The notes: a model not told the origin generated them from the sequence alone. A DNA stretch of 64,000 bases from Bacteriovoracaceae bacterium (GCA_048270185.1 JBLWTJ010000003.1:160001-224000); one strand, 5' to 3'. Counted from the stretch's first letter, positions 30,157 to 40,358 are shown. Translations and numbers: made by a program.

Positions 30157-32457
30157 CTATGCTTTAGACTCGACTTTTGAGCTCTTCATACTCAATAATG
30201 CGGCCGGGAGCACAACTAAGTCCGCTAAAAGCGCCAGTGATAGAATAATTGAACAGTAAACACCAAACTTTTGATTTGGCACAAAGTCTCCAAGATAGAA
30301 GAGTCCAAAGGCCACTGTTAGCATCGCTGTTGTTAGGGCCAAGGCCTTTCCTGTTTGGTGCATTGTTGATGCAAGAGCATCGTGCCCATTCATGCCTTGT
30401 AGAACCTTGAGCTTGTAATTGGAAATAAAGTGAATGGTATCATCGACAGCAATCCCTAAACAGACTGCAAAGACGATAACGTTTCCAATATTTAAATCAT
30501 CTCCAACTAAGTACATTATTCCGGCCGCCACTGAAAGTGGGAAGACATTTGGAATAAGAGAGAGAAGAGCTAATTTAAGATCCTTGAAAACAAAGAGGAT
30601 AATTAAGAAAATAATCGGAAGAGAAATACTCATGGAAGTCAGAAGTGTATTTACAACAAGATCATTAACTCGATTATAAATTGGAGATTGTCCTGCTTCA
30701 TAGATATGAATTCCAATCTCTTTTGCTTTCTTTAAGATCTCATCTGTTTTTGCAATCGCCGCTGTTGAGTCATTGATATCCCACATAACAAGAACTCTAA
30801 ATCTTCGATTATCAAGTGATAGTTGGTTCTTTAAATCAAGTCCTTGCGGAAGCCCTAGTGTATAGAGGAAGAGTTGGTCGGCAATGGCCCTTCTTGTATC
30901 AGGGACAGCATAGAAATCTTCATTATCACTATGAAGAGTTTTATTCATTTGCTTTACAATATCTAAGACTGAACTGACACGAATAATTTTTTCGTCCTTA
31001 AGCATCCACTGAGTTAGTTCATCAGCTTTTTTCATGAACTCTGGATCTTTTACTCCCTCAGGCTTTTCAGAATCAAAAACTAGCTCAATCATTCTTGAAC
31101 CGCCAAACTCCTTACGAACCATATCAAAAGCCTTTTTCACTGGAGTATGGTCATCAAAGTACTCAATTGGATCGGCATTGATATAATTTTGCATTCCAAA
31201 ATAAATTGAAGCAATTGTCACAATAGGTGTGATGATATTAATGGCAAGCTTATATTTTTCAGCGAAATTAAAGATTCCATCAAATGCAGTAAATTTACTA
31301 TCATCGTATCTTTCTACTTTAAAGTGAACCTTTGTTAGTAGCGGCCCTAGGAAGAAGTAAGTATAGAACCAAGCAATACAAGTCCCAATTCCTGAAAGAA
31401 TTCCCAGATTATAAATTGGCTTAATTTCAGTTGAAGTAAGTGAGAAGAATCCAATGGCCGTTGTTAGTGTCGTAAGAAGAGTTGGTATGAAATTCTTCTT
31501 AAGAGCAGCTATTGCTGCATCATGCTCATTCATGCGATCAAAAATATAAAAGTGCCTATACGTAATAAGAATATGAATAGAGTCCGCAAGTCCAATCGCA
31601 ATGAGAATTGCAGGTAGAGCGGCAATAATACTTGAGAGCTCAATTCCTAAGTGCCCCTCTACTCCAAATGCTGAAATAATTGAAAGTCCAACAAGTGAGA
31701 AAGGAAGAATGATTCCCAAAAAATTTCTAAAGAAAAGAAAGAGGATAAGAGATAGGATTCCAACAACAATTGGAAACACAACCATCATATCACGGTCTGA
31801 TGCTCGCTGGAGTGACTCATTAATAAATGAAATACCTCCAAGGTAGAATTTAACATCCGGAACTTTATTGTGATACTTCTCAAGAAGTGCTTCCGTGTCG
31901 ACAACGACCTGATCATACGGAGGCGTTCCATCAAATGTATCAAGGAATGCACGAATATAAGTAAAACGTCCTGATTTAGAAATTGTCGAATTTACTAGCT
32001 GGCGATCATTGACGGCGCGATCTCTTTTTAAAACTAAGTTCTCTGGCGTTAATTCAACTTCTTCATCTAAGAAAGGGGTAATGAAGATATCATCTTCTTC
32101 CGATTCAATTGAGTTGTAATTTGTTAAACTTTCAACTCTTACAATATGCTTAATTTGCCAAAGGTCATTCGTAATATCTTGAATTGCCTTAATAGTGGTT
32201 TCATCAAAGAGACCCTTTTCATTGTAAACCATGATATCAATGGTATCTGAACTTCCAAAAATACCTTCATGGGCCTTTAAGTCAGTTAGACGTTTGTCAT
32301 GATCCATCAACCAACCCTTTACTGAGTAATTGGCATGAATTTTTGGGATACCTGAACTTAGGGCCACTAAGACAAGAAAAGAAACAAAAAGACATGTTTT
32401 TGTATTATCAACGATATACTTAGATACTCTTTCTGCTAATGAATGAACGCGTTTCAT
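30157..32457 (-). CDS. MMPL/RND-family membrane transporter
   Basis: Two repeats of periplasmic domain plus TM bundle; IGLADSIH, LGIAVDDTIHF. Confidence 0.9.
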   Translation of the reverse strand: MKRVHSLAERVSKYIVDNTKTCLFVSFLVLVALSSGIPKIHANYSVKGWLMDHDKRLTDLKAHEGIFGSSDTIDIMVYNEKGLFDETTIKAIQDITNDLWQIKHIVRVESLTNYNSIESEEDDIFITPFLDEEVELTPENLVLKRDRAVNDRQLVNSTISKSGRFTYIRAFLDTFDGTPPYDQVVVDTEALLEKYHNKVPDVKFYLGGISFINESLQRASDRDMMVVFPIVVGILSLILFLFFRNFLGIILPFSLVGLSIISAFGVEGHLGIELSSIIAALPAILIAIGLADSIHILITYRHFYIFDRMNEHDAAIAALKKNFIPTLLTTLTTAIGFFSLTSTEIKPIYNLGILSGIGTCIAWFYTYFFLGPLLTKVHFKVERYDDSKFTAFDGIFNFAEKYKLAINIITPIVTIASIYFGMQNYINADPIEYFDDHTPVKKAFDMVRKEFGGSRMIELVFDSEKPEGVKDPEFMKKADELTQWMLKDEKIIRVSSVLDIVKQMNKTLHSDNEDFYAVPDTRRAIADQLFLYTLGLPQGLDLKNQLSLDNRRFRVLVMWDINDSTAAIAKTDEILKKAKEIGIHIYEAGQSPIYNRVNDLVVNTLLTSMSISLPIIFLIILFVFKDLKLALLSLIPNVFPLSVAAGIMYLVGDDLNIGNVIVFAVCLGIAVDDTIHFISNYKLKVLQGMNGHDALASTMHQTGKALALTTAMLTVAFGLFYLGDFVPNQKFGVYCSIILSLALLADLVVLPAALLSMKSSKVESKA

Positions 32458-32561
32458 ATGATCATTTTCCTTTGAAGATTAAGTGCTATCACTATATTAA
32501 GTTTTGTTAGGAAAAGCGAAGATTTTTAAGTGAAGATTATAAGAAATACGTGAAGTTATGT

Positions 32562-32634
32562 AGACGCTCCGGCGAAATAATGTCTAAGCTCTTAATGAGT
32601 TTAAGAGTGAATTAATTCGTGCTCCGGAGCGTTT
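32562..32634. other. Long imperfect stem-loop in intergenic DNA
   Basis: Nested arms ACGCTCCGG/CCGGAGCGT, CGAAATAAT/ATTAATTCG and CTCTTAA/TTAAGAG. Confidence 0.65.
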
Positions 32635-32655
32635 GTCTTGGAGTGTCTTTATCAG

Positions 32656-33213
32656 TTATTGAAGACCGATAAAGTCCATTCCAAGTTTTGAAGTTGCATT
32701 CTCTTTCAAGAATGGCATCTTCGTATTGATATTAAATTTTGCGCCCTTTAAAGAACAACCAACAAAGATCGTGCTTAAAAGATCGACATTCGAAAAATCA
32801 CAACCTGCTAGGTTACAATTTTTAAAAGTCACACCCTTTAGGTTTGCCCAGCGAAAGCTTGTCGAATCAAGCTCACACTCGATAAACGTACTATTTTCAA
32901 GATTTGTACACTCAAGGTTAGCTTCTTTTAAATTGATTCGGTGAAAGCGATTGGCCGCAAGGTTAGACCAAGTAAAGTCTGTTCCTTCATAATTTGAAAA
33001 ATTATGCTTTGCGTACTTCATATTACACTTTCTAAGGTCACTTTCATTTAAGTCTGAGTTTCTAATGCTAATTTTATCTAGCATCGAGTTATCGAATGAA
33101 CTCTTTTCGATTTTAGAGGCACTGATCAATCGTAAGTTATCGACATTGCGAAGGTTTATACGATTTTCATTCTGTTGTTTGATAGCTGTAAACGTCGTGT
33201 TTTGCGTAGTCAT
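32656..33213 (-). CDS. Pentapeptide-repeat protein
   Basis: Five-residue periodicity: SDLNE SDLRK CNMKY ... ANLEC TNLEN STFIE ... ANLKG VTFKN CNLAG CDFSN VDLLS. Confidence 0.93.
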   Translation of the reverse strand: MTTQNTTFTAIKQQNENRINLRNVDNLRLISASKIEKSSFDNSMLDKISIRNSDLNESDLRKCNMKYAKHNFSNYEGTDFTWSNLAANRFHRINLKEANLECTNLENSTFIECELDSTSFRWANLKGVTFKNCNLAGCDFSNVDLLSTIFVGCSLKGAKFNINTKMPFLKENATSKLGMDFIGLQ

Positions 33214-33313
33214 TGGTTTTCCTCTTTTAAAACTTAAAAGATAGTATCGATTTTATTTAGCTATATTAAGTCAATTATTTGTAAATTCGGAAATTCCGAA
33301 TTATTGTATCAGC

Positions 33314-34207
33314 ATGAATTGGAATCATCTCTATTGTTTTTATGAAGCTGCAAAGCATAAGTCTGTTAAGAAAGCGGCCGCCCGAATGGGCCTTGCACCG
33401 TCGACTGTAAGTGAGCAGATTAAGAAGCTTGAAGTGAATTATGGCGTGCAACTCTTTGAGCGTAAGGTGCGCGAAATTGTACTAACTAAGAAGGGTGAAG
33501 AGGTCTTTTCATATTCGAAGAATGTTTTTTCAAATGGAATGCGTCTCGTTGACAACTTAACCTTTCAAGATGATGGAGGGTATGATGTAACGTTCTGTGT
33601 TGAGTCTCATTTAGAGTCTCCTGGTATTGCTTCATTCATTGCTGATTACTTCTGTATGTATCAAGACTTCGGTCATACAAAGACAAAGCGCTCAAAGAAC
33701 TTCTCGCAAACAATGTACTTTCTGGAAAACGATACTGTTGATATTGCCATTAGTGATAATAAGCTAGGTAATGAAATGTATGAGAATTACCTTGTTGCTC
33801 AAAATCATCTGAAATTCTACGTCAATGAAACGGTTAGAACGAAGTATAAAGATATGCCCTTGGAGCAAATGGTTAAGAAAATTCCAGTAGGTTTCTTGTC
33901 TTCAGATGAGAAATTAATCGTAAACGTTAAGCAAGTATTAAAAGAGCAACGTGTTTACCTAAAAGATACTTTCTATAGTGAGCACTTAGACTATCTTGCG
34001 ACACTTTGCGAAAGAGGAGATATCATCCTTGCTTCCATTGGCCGTGCAGGAATATTTGAAAATCTTGAATGCATTGGACCTGAAGTTGATATCTGCGTAC
34101 CTACATATGCGATTTTGAAAAAACAGAACTCAAATTTACTTTTTGCTCGTAAACTAAAAGATATCTTAAAAATTGAAGCTGATTCAAATCAACAAATTCT
34201 TCATTAA
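33314..34207 (+). CDS. LysR-family regulator (NhaR-like N-terminus)
   Basis: MNWNHLYCFYEAAKHKSVKKAA...STVSEQIKKLE...LFER. Confidence 0.9.
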   Translation: MNWNHLYCFYEAAKHKSVKKAAARMGLAPSTVSEQIKKLEVNYGVQLFERKVREIVLTKKGEEVFSYSKNVFSNGMRLVDNLTFQDDGGYDVTFCVESHLESPGIASFIADYFCMYQDFGHTKTKRSKNFSQTMYFLENDTVDIAISDNKLGNEMYENYLVAQNHLKFYVNETVRTKYKDMPLEQMVKKIPVGFLSSDEKLIVNVKQVLKEQRVYLKDTFYSEHLDYLATLCERGDIILASIGRAGIFENLECIGPEVDICVPTYAILKKQNSNLLFARKLKDILKIEADSNQQILH

Positions 34208-34246
34208 TTTATAATTGCCGATTAGTTAAAAAGTATATAGCCTCAA

Positions 34247-36157
34247 GTGATGAATTTTTCACGACTTTCAAAAATACTTATCAGTATTTTTCTTATATTT
34301 AACACGATTACAATATCGGCCCAAAATCTTACTAAAGATGATGACTTTCTAAAAGAAAGTAAGCTTAAAGATATTATCATTCGTGAAATTGCCAATCTTA
34401 ACCTATCAACTTCAATTAAGCTTTTGGATTTTGATAAGGTAAAGGGACTTGATGTTGGGCTCAAGTATGGCTATGAGATGACGCCATCTTATTTAAAGGG
34501 CAAGTTTGCAAGAGTAGATGAGTGGACACTTAGTCGCTCAGTAAACCCCGGCTCGATTATTGATGCTGTGACACCAATTAACCTAACACTTTCAAAAAGT
34601 GATCGCATTACTTTTATACGTCACTTTGAAAGTCAAAAGAAGGCGATCCTAGCACTTCCTTATTCGATAAATAAAATCCCATACAATGCACAGAGCACAT
34701 TAAAAAGACTTAAAGTAGGTGACTTTGTTAGTATTCCTGCCACAATGAGCCTAAATATTGGAGTTAGTGCTGGCTACGGCTTTGGTGAAATTATCGCGGC
34801 CAAGGGGTATGCTAATTTAATTACAAGTGGAAATTTTAATATCAATATCTTTCGAATGGATGAAAATAAAGTTCGCTTAAAAATAGTTACGCGTACTTCA
34901 TCTGAAGCAAAGGTTGGTGCCAATTTAAAAAGTGATTTCTTTGTTTCAACTTTAAAAAGACTGAAAGCGCCTGACTTTGTTTCTGACGTTCTTGAGTTAG
35001 AAGTTTTTGAGTATAAATTAGGGCGTGGTATAGGTGAGCAGTATATTCTGGACTATATATTTGATTTAAGTAATGAGAAGGCCCGTGAAGCTTATGATAG
35101 AATCTTAAAACCTAAGTTTAAACTTAATTTCGAAAAGGTTATTGGCCAGTACCAGGGGCGTGAGTACATTGAAGACAAACTCATTTCAGACTTTAAAATG
35201 GCCAATGAATTATCCCAATTAAATGATGGAGTCGAATTACTTTTTCAAGGTTTTAACCAGTATAAGTTTAAAAGGAAAGGTTTTGAATTTGGTCTTTTCA
35301 TTTCAAAGATTGAATCGGGGATGACTTACTTTAAAAATAATATTTCGATTATTTCAGGTAATGAAGCCGGTGATTTCTTCTTTCCAAACAAGGTTTATAA
35401 GTACAAAGAGGAGTTTAATATCTTAGTTCACAGGCGAGAGGACAAGATTGAAGAATCCTTCTTTTCTTTTATTCCAAAATCAAAGACATTATCACAGTCT
35501 TCGATTGATTTCGGTACGAATTATTTAAGAAAAGATCGCTACTTTACACGTGGAGAGTGGAAAAGTGTAAGAAGAAAGATTAAGGCTCTAATTCCAAGTG
35601 ATATTTTCTTAAAAATCGACTTTAATGAACTTGAACAAATTAAAACAAATATCACGACTGAAGTTAGTTACCGCTTAGTTTTTAGAAAAGAGATCTTCAA
35701 CTTTATGGAAGGTGTAACGATTGAGAAGATTATTGACGAAGTTAATAAGATAAAAAGAGATCGTGGTCTTCGTGGCGTAAAAATTGATCGTAGTGGCAAT
35801 TATGTCACAAAGAAACTTTACTTCTGGCAACGATCTCATACTCGCTTAGTTGCTCGACGAATTCATCGTGTATTAAATTCTTTTAAAGATGATATTTATC
35901 GCAAGCTGGAAAATATTATTGATAATATTGATAAGAATGACTTTAGAAAATACTTTTACCGTGTTGTTCAAAGTCTCGTTCCTATTAATGATTTACAGAA
36001 TCTGATTTATTTTAAATTAGATATCCTAGGTAATAGAAGTAAGCCAGTTCACTTTAAATATGGTGAATATGAGTTTCCTAGTATTTATCATGAAATCTTA
36101 GATATAAACCGAGATTTCCATGATTCAAAAAGAGACTTAAAGATTATTACGGAGTAA
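34247..36157 (+). CDS. Secreted hypothetical protein, paralogous to the C-terminal domain of 23455-26166
   Basis: 636 aa; signal peptide ending ISA/Q; shared motif blocks listed in findings. Confidence 0.85.
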   Translation: MMNFSRLSKILISIFLIFNTITISAQNLTKDDDFLKESKLKDIIIREIANLNLSTSIKLLDFDKVKGLDVGLKYGYEMTPSYLKGKFARVDEWTLSRSVNPGSIIDAVTPINLTLSKSDRITFIRHFESQKKAILALPYSINKIPYNAQSTLKRLKVGDFVSIPATMSLNIGVSAGYGFGEIIAAKGYANLITSGNFNINIFRMDENKVRLKIVTRTSSEAKVGANLKSDFFVSTLKRLKAPDFVSDVLELEVFEYKLGRGIGEQYILDYIFDLSNEKAREAYDRILKPKFKLNFEKVIGQYQGREYIEDKLISDFKMANELSQLNDGVELLFQGFNQYKFKRKGFEFGLFISKIESGMTYFKNNISIISGNEAGDFFFPNKVYKYKEEFNILVHRREDKIEESFFSFIPKSKTLSQSSIDFGTNYLRKDRYFTRGEWKSVRRKIKALIPSDIFLKIDFNELEQIKTNITTEVSYRLVFRKEIFNFMEGVTIEKIIDEVNKIKRDRGLRGVKIDRSGNYVTKKLYFWQRSHTRLVARRIHRVLNSFKDDIYRKLENIIDNIDKNDFRKYFYRVVQSLVPINDLQNLIYFKLDILGNRSKPVHFKYGEYEFPSIYHEILDINRDFHDSKRDLKIITE

Positions 36158-36160
36158 TCC

Positions 36161-36769
36161 ATGAGTGATTATAAGGAATTTATCGGAGCCTTTAACGAAA
36201 CACCTGTTGAGATTTTTGAGCAGTGGTTTAAGGCAGCTGTTGAAAAAGAAGAAAATGGTGCAGCCTTTGTTCTATCGACTGTTGATACTGAGGGTGTCCC
36301 TAATGCAAGAACACTTTTATTAAAAGGCTTTGATTCACACAGACCTTTCTTCTTTTCGAATTATACATCAGTAAAGGGACAAGAAATTGAAGCCAACTCT
36401 AACGTGGCAATGACATTTTATTGGCATCGCCTTGGTAAACAAGTACGAGTTAGAGGAAAGGCCGTAAAGTGTAGCCTAGAACTATCGAGAGATTACTTCC
36501 ACTCAAGAGGGAAGGAGAGTCAAATTGCAAGCTTAACTTCTTCTCAGTCAAAACCTATTTCTAGTAGGAAAAAATTAGAAGATGAATTTCAAGCAAACGT
36601 CTTAAGGTATAATGATCAAGAGATTATTCCTCATCCACAAGAGTGGGGAGGGTATATGATTGATGTTGAAGAGATAACATTCTTCATTTACGGAGAGCAT
36701 CGCCTCAATGATCGCTTCCAGTTTATTAAGAAAGGGCAAGAGTGGGAATCGTTAAGACTTTATCCTTAA
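36161..36769 (+). CDS. pdxH: Pyridoxamine 5'-phosphate oxidase
   Basis: ARTLLLK, FFSNYTSVKG, FYW...KQVRVRG, YFHSR, WGGY, RLNDR. Confidence 0.93.
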   Translation: MSDYKEFIGAFNETPVEIFEQWFKAAVEKEENGAAFVLSTVDTEGVPNARTLLLKGFDSHRPFFFSNYTSVKGQEIEANSNVAMTFYWHRLGKQVRVRGKAVKCSLELSRDYFHSRGKESQIASLTSSQSKPISSRKKLEDEFQANVLRYNDQEIIPHPQEWGGYMIDVEEITFFIYGEHRLNDRFQFIKKGQEWESLRLYP

Positions 36770-37284
36770 TTACATTATTTGTTTTACTTTCATTCAAAGT
36801 TAGTGCCGCCAATGTCTATCTTGGTGGTGGCGGATCATTTAGTGGTGTCATCTCAAGCACAGATTACTACAATGGTGCTAACTCGTTTATTCCAGCTCTA
36901 AATTTAGGAGTTAGATATAACTCATTAGGGATTGATACATTCATTCGTAAGGGAACTCTTACAAATGAGCACCAGGGCTTTGATATTGATCTCGATACGA
37001 CTCAATTTGGTTTTATGTTTAGATTCTCTCCTGATGAATGGATGGATCTGAATCTTGGGGCACACTGGACAACAGTTGAAGGGAGTTCTTCAGTATATAA
37101 TGGCCAGAAACTTACTGGTCTAATTAATCGTACCGTTACCTCTGCTCTCTTTGGAGTAGGTTTTAACTTTCCCATCACTGAAAGATTTAGATTTAGAACT
37201 GATTTTAATTATTATCTAGGAAAAGAAGTACTATCACTTCTTCAATTTGATATTTCTCTTGTCTACAGCGTAATTACTTTTTAG
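36742..37284 (+). CDS. Small outer-membrane beta-barrel protein
   Basis: Signal peptide, alternating amphipathic strands (VYLGGGG, LNLGVRY, FGVGFNF, RFRTDFNYY), terminal Phe. Confidence 0.75.
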   Translation: MGIVKTLSLITLFVLLSFKVSAANVYLGGGGSFSGVISSTDYYNGANSFIPALNLGVRYNSLGIDTFIRKGTLTNEHQGFDIDLDTTQFGFMFRFSPDEWMDLNLGAHWTTVEGSSSVYNGQKLTGLINRTVTSALFGVGFNFPITERFRFRTDFNYYLGKEVLSLLQFDISLVYSVITF

Positions 37285-37660
37285 AACTTGCTGGAATACG
37301 TCCATCATGTCGCTTTATGTACTTTGCAATTTCTGGTGTAATAGCATCTTGCTTTTCAAGAACGTCGATTAATTTACGATTATCAAGTTTCAATTTTTGT
37401 ACATAGTCTTCTGAATTATGAAGTTGTGCAGTAAGCTCTTGATGCTTATTCACTGTCTTCTCGTAAGCAATACGATAGAAGTTCATTTTTTCTTTAGCTT
37501 TTGCAAGCTCTGTCTTTGTATTATGAAGCTCTGTTGCCATCATCGATGTCTTATTAAGCTGCTTCTTATATTCAATAATATCTTTATCTGAAAAATCTCT
37601 TCCAGCTTTTACGACAAAAGCGATTAGAACGATAAAATGTGCAACAATAATCTTCTTCAT
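37274..37660 (-). CDS. Exported or membrane-anchored coiled-coil hypothetical protein
   Basis: RBS GGAG; hydrophobic N-terminus; heptad-like middle; ends GRIPASSKK. Confidence 0.82.
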   Translation of the reverse strand: MKKIIVAHFIVLIAFVVKAGRDFSDKDIIEYKKQLNKTSMMATELHNTKTELAKAKEKMNFYRIAYEKTVNKHQELTAQLHNSEDYVQKLKLDNRKLIDVLEKQDAITPEIAKYIKRHDGRIPASSKK

Positions 37661-37685
37661 AATATTTCTCCATTATTCAATTAAC

Positions 37686-37713
37686 GTATCGACATATTAA
37701 AAAAAATCATTAA
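37686..37713 (-). promoter_or_regulatory. Putative sigma28-type promoter
   Basis: Minus strand TTAAT-N15-GTCGATAC upstream of ATG 37660. Confidence 0.45.
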
Positions 37714-37768
37714 TATTTTTCAAATTCTTCCGAAATAATAGGTACTTAGTGACATGCAAGGATGTTTT

Positions 37769-38023
37769 ATGTTTTTAATTGATGTTAATTTATTCGAGGA
37801 CGAGTTCTACCTATTGCCCGTTGAACAGACTAAAGGTGACCAGTATAAGATTCAATGTCATTCAATTGAGTCGGCTAAATTACTGCAAGAATCACTTGAG
37901 AAGATGAAGCATCTTCATCCAACAAAGGATAAGAGTCGTTTCAAGCTTTTGAGGCAAGAGAAGCATTTTGGCTTTAATGTGAAAGTTTTAGGATATATTG
38001 AAGAAGAAAAAAAGGCCTCATAA
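37769..38023 (+). CDS. Small hypothetical protein
   Basis: Open frame filling the intergenic space; AAGGA upstream favours ATG 37769. Confidence 0.65.
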   Translation: MFLIDVNLFEDEFYLLPVEQTKGDQYKIQCHSIESAKLLQESLEKMKHLHPTKDKSRFKLLRQEKHFGFNVKVLGYIEEEKKAS

Positions 38024-38032
38024 GAGGCCTTT
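38007..38032 (-). terminator. Intrinsic terminator of sodB (probably bidirectional)
   Basis: AAAGGCCTC-ATAA-GAGGCCTTT with an A run on its left. Confidence 0.82.
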
Positions 38033-38039
38033 CGTTTAA

Positions 38040-38615
38040 TTAAAGATTTGAGTTAACGAAATCCCAATTTACAAGATTCCAAAATGCATTGATGTAATCT
38101 GGACGAGCATTTCTGTAATCAACATAGTAAGCATGTTCCCATACGTCGATTGTTAGAAGAGCTGTGTGACCATCTGTCATTGGAGTTTCTGCATCGTCAG
38201 TGTTAACGATTTCTAGCTCTCCACCTTTGTTCTTTACAAGCCATGTCCAACCTGAAGCAAAGTTAGTTGCCGCAGAGTTTGAAAATTCTTCTTTGAACTT
38301 ATCAAATGATCCCCATTTAGCATTGATAGCATCAGCAATTGCTCCAGTCGCTGCTCCACCTGCATTTGGTGCTAAACAATTCCAGTAAAAAGTGTGGTTC
38401 CAAACTTGAGCAGCGTTATTGAATAGTCCACCGCTTGACTTCATGATGATCTCTTCAAGAGTCATATTTTCAAATTCAGTCCCTGGGATAGCAGCATTAA
38501 GTTTTGTTACGTAAGCATTGTGGTGTTTACCGTAGTGAAACTCAATCGTTTCTGCTGAGATATGAGGTGCTAGAGCGTCTTTTGCCCATGGTAGTTCAGG
38601 AAGTTTATGTTCCAT
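38040..38615 (-). CDS. sodB: Superoxide dismutase [Fe]
   Basis: [16 protein letters not shown] (Fe-type AAQ), DVWEHAYY. Confidence 0.96.
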   Translation of the reverse strand: MEHKLPELPWAKDALAPHISAETIEFHYGKHHNAYVTKLNAAIPGTEFENMTLEEIIMKSSGGLFNNAAQVWNHTFYWNCLAPNAGGAATGAIADAINAKWGSFDKFKEEFSNSAATNFASGWTWLVKNKGGELEIVNTDDAETPMTDGHTALLTIDVWEHAYYVDYRNARPDYINAFWNLVNWDFVNSNL

Positions 38616-38743
38616 AGTAATTCTCCTTAGATTCTTAAATGTTTTTTGAACTCCATCATTCTAAAGCCTTAAGCGTTTAAGTGCAAAACGCGATTTGTTA
38701 AAGCAGTAAATTCTGTCATTCTGGATTAAATACTTATTTTAAC

Positions 38744-38770
38744 TCAAGAATTATCACCAAATGTCGATTG
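38744..38770 (+). promoter_or_regulatory. Putative sigma28-type promoter
   Basis: TCAAG-N14-GTCGATTG just upstream of the 38775 gene. Confidence 0.45.
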
Positions 38771-38774
38771 CTTA

Positions 38775-39725
38775 TTGATGATATTTTCACGTTATCTCTT
38801 ACTATTTCCGACTTTTTTAATCTTGCTTTGCAATAATTCTTTTGCTTCGAGTTGGGCCGAGCGTGGTGGAACAATTCAGTCGGGTACTAATAAGTACACA
38901 GGTAATTGGAGAAGATTGGCCTCAAGTGAAGAGAAGAGTGTTGAACAACTAATTCAAATCGTTGCCACTTCAGAACTTGGTGTAAAGCTTATCGATAAGG
39001 CCAGGCTTCGAGCTGCCAAGGATCGCAAGCGTCTTGAAGAGGTCATTAGCGGTGGGGAAGTGTCGGTCACAGACACAACTTTAGTGAGAAAATTTAGCCC
39101 TCATTCACCTGAGAGTGTACGTTTTGAGACGCGATCTCGTGTCTATATTGATAAGTCTCATAGCACCAAGAATGCAGTATTAGACCTTATTCACGAATTA
39201 ACTCATTATATCTATAAGAAGCCATTTAACCCTTATTTGAGTGATTTTTCAGTATCGAGTTTTTTAAATGATACAATTCAAGGTCGAGGTGGCGAAGTCG
39301 ATGCTTTTCTTGTTGAATGTCGTATTGGCCGTGAGATTTATGGCCTAAAGGCAATTTCGCCACAATGTCTCAATATTCTTAGTGGAGATGAGTTTTCTCG
39401 CACATTGGCGGTAAAGGAATTTTATAAAATTGGTCATTACTATGATCAGTTCAAGAGTGATGCCACTGAACTAGGAATAGATAAGAAGGTTATCGCTGAT
39501 ATATCGAAGGACCAAACAAGTCTTGTTTCCTCGGCTTGGTCAAAGCCGTACCCAGTTGCTGTTGTTGCCGAGTATGAGGCGATAATGACTAAGGTCTGTC
39601 ATAATGATCTCAAGCGTATGACCTATCTTTCTGAGGAGCTAACGAGGGGGCCTGCTAGTAAATCCTCTAAGGTTAATGATGTTCGTTCAAAGTTTAATGC
39701 TAGATGTCGTTCTTATTTAGATTAA
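38775..39725 (+). CDS. Secreted hypothetical protein with HExxH (gluzincin-like) motif
   Basis: Signal peptide ending SFA/S; LIHELTH and downstream GGEVDAF; C-terminal RGPAS. Confidence 0.75.
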   Translation: MMIFSRYLLLFPTFLILLCNNSFASSWAERGGTIQSGTNKYTGNWRRLASSEEKSVEQLIQIVATSELGVKLIDKARLRAAKDRKRLEEVISGGEVSVTDTTLVRKFSPHSPESVRFETRSRVYIDKSHSTKNAVLDLIHELTHYIYKKPFNPYLSDFSVSSFLNDTIQGRGGEVDAFLVECRIGREIYGLKAISPQCLNILSGDEFSRTLAVKEFYKIGHYYDQFKSDATELGIDKKVIADISKDQTSLVSSAWSKPYPVAVVAEYEAIMTKVCHNDLKRMTYLSEELTRGPASKSSKVNDVRSKFNARCRSYLD

Positions 39726-39797
39726 ATTTTATTGACGAGTCTATTAACAATGCCTCAATGCACTAACAAAAAATCTCTCTTTTTTCGTCGGGTTTAA

Positions 39798-39826
39798 TTG
39801 ACTAGGACTCTAAGCATTGGTAATTT
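39798..39826 (+). promoter_or_regulatory. Putative sigma70 promoter of nuoBCDI
   Basis: TTGACT-N17-TAATTT with TG extension. Confidence 0.6.
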
Positions 39827-39875
39827 ATAAGCTAAGAATTTCATAATTTTACATATCTAAAAAGGATTGCTGGCA

Positions 39876-40358
39876 ATGCAAGATAGTGTTGTTTTATTAA
39901 AACTTGATGACTTCCTTAACTGGGGAAGAAAGAACTCTCTATGGCCAATGACATTTGGTCTCGCATGTTGTGCTATTGAAATGATGGCAACTGGTGGATC
40001 TAAGTATGACTTAGAAAGATTTGGTTGTGGTGCTTTCATGGCGACTCCAAGACGCGCAGACTTAATGATTGTTGCAGGTACTGTAACACTTAAAATGGCC
40101 CCTAGAATTAAGACTCTTTATGAGCAAATGGCCGAGCCGAAATATGTTATTTCGATGGGTTCATGTGCGAATAAAGGTGGTCCATACTGGCAACACGGCT
40201 ACCACGTTCTAAAAGGTGTTGATGAGATCGTTCCTGTTGACGTTTATGTTCCAGGTTGTCCTCCAAGACCAGAAGCTCTAATCGAAGGTCTAATGACTCT
40301 TCAAAAGAAAGTCGCTAATGAAAGACTTCTTAAAGATAAGTGGGTGAAGCATGCTTAA
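39876..40358 (+). CDS. nuoB: NADH-quinone oxidoreductase subunit B
   Basis: [38 protein letters not shown] favours ATG 39876. Confidence 0.97.
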   Translation: MQDSVVLLKLDDFLNWGRKNSLWPMTFGLACCAIEMMATGGSKYDLERFGCGAFMATPRRADLMIVAGTVTLKMAPRIKTLYEQMAEPKYVISMGSCANKGGPYWQHGYHVLKGVDEIVPVDVYVPGCPPRPEALIEGLMTLQKKVANERLLKDKWVKHA

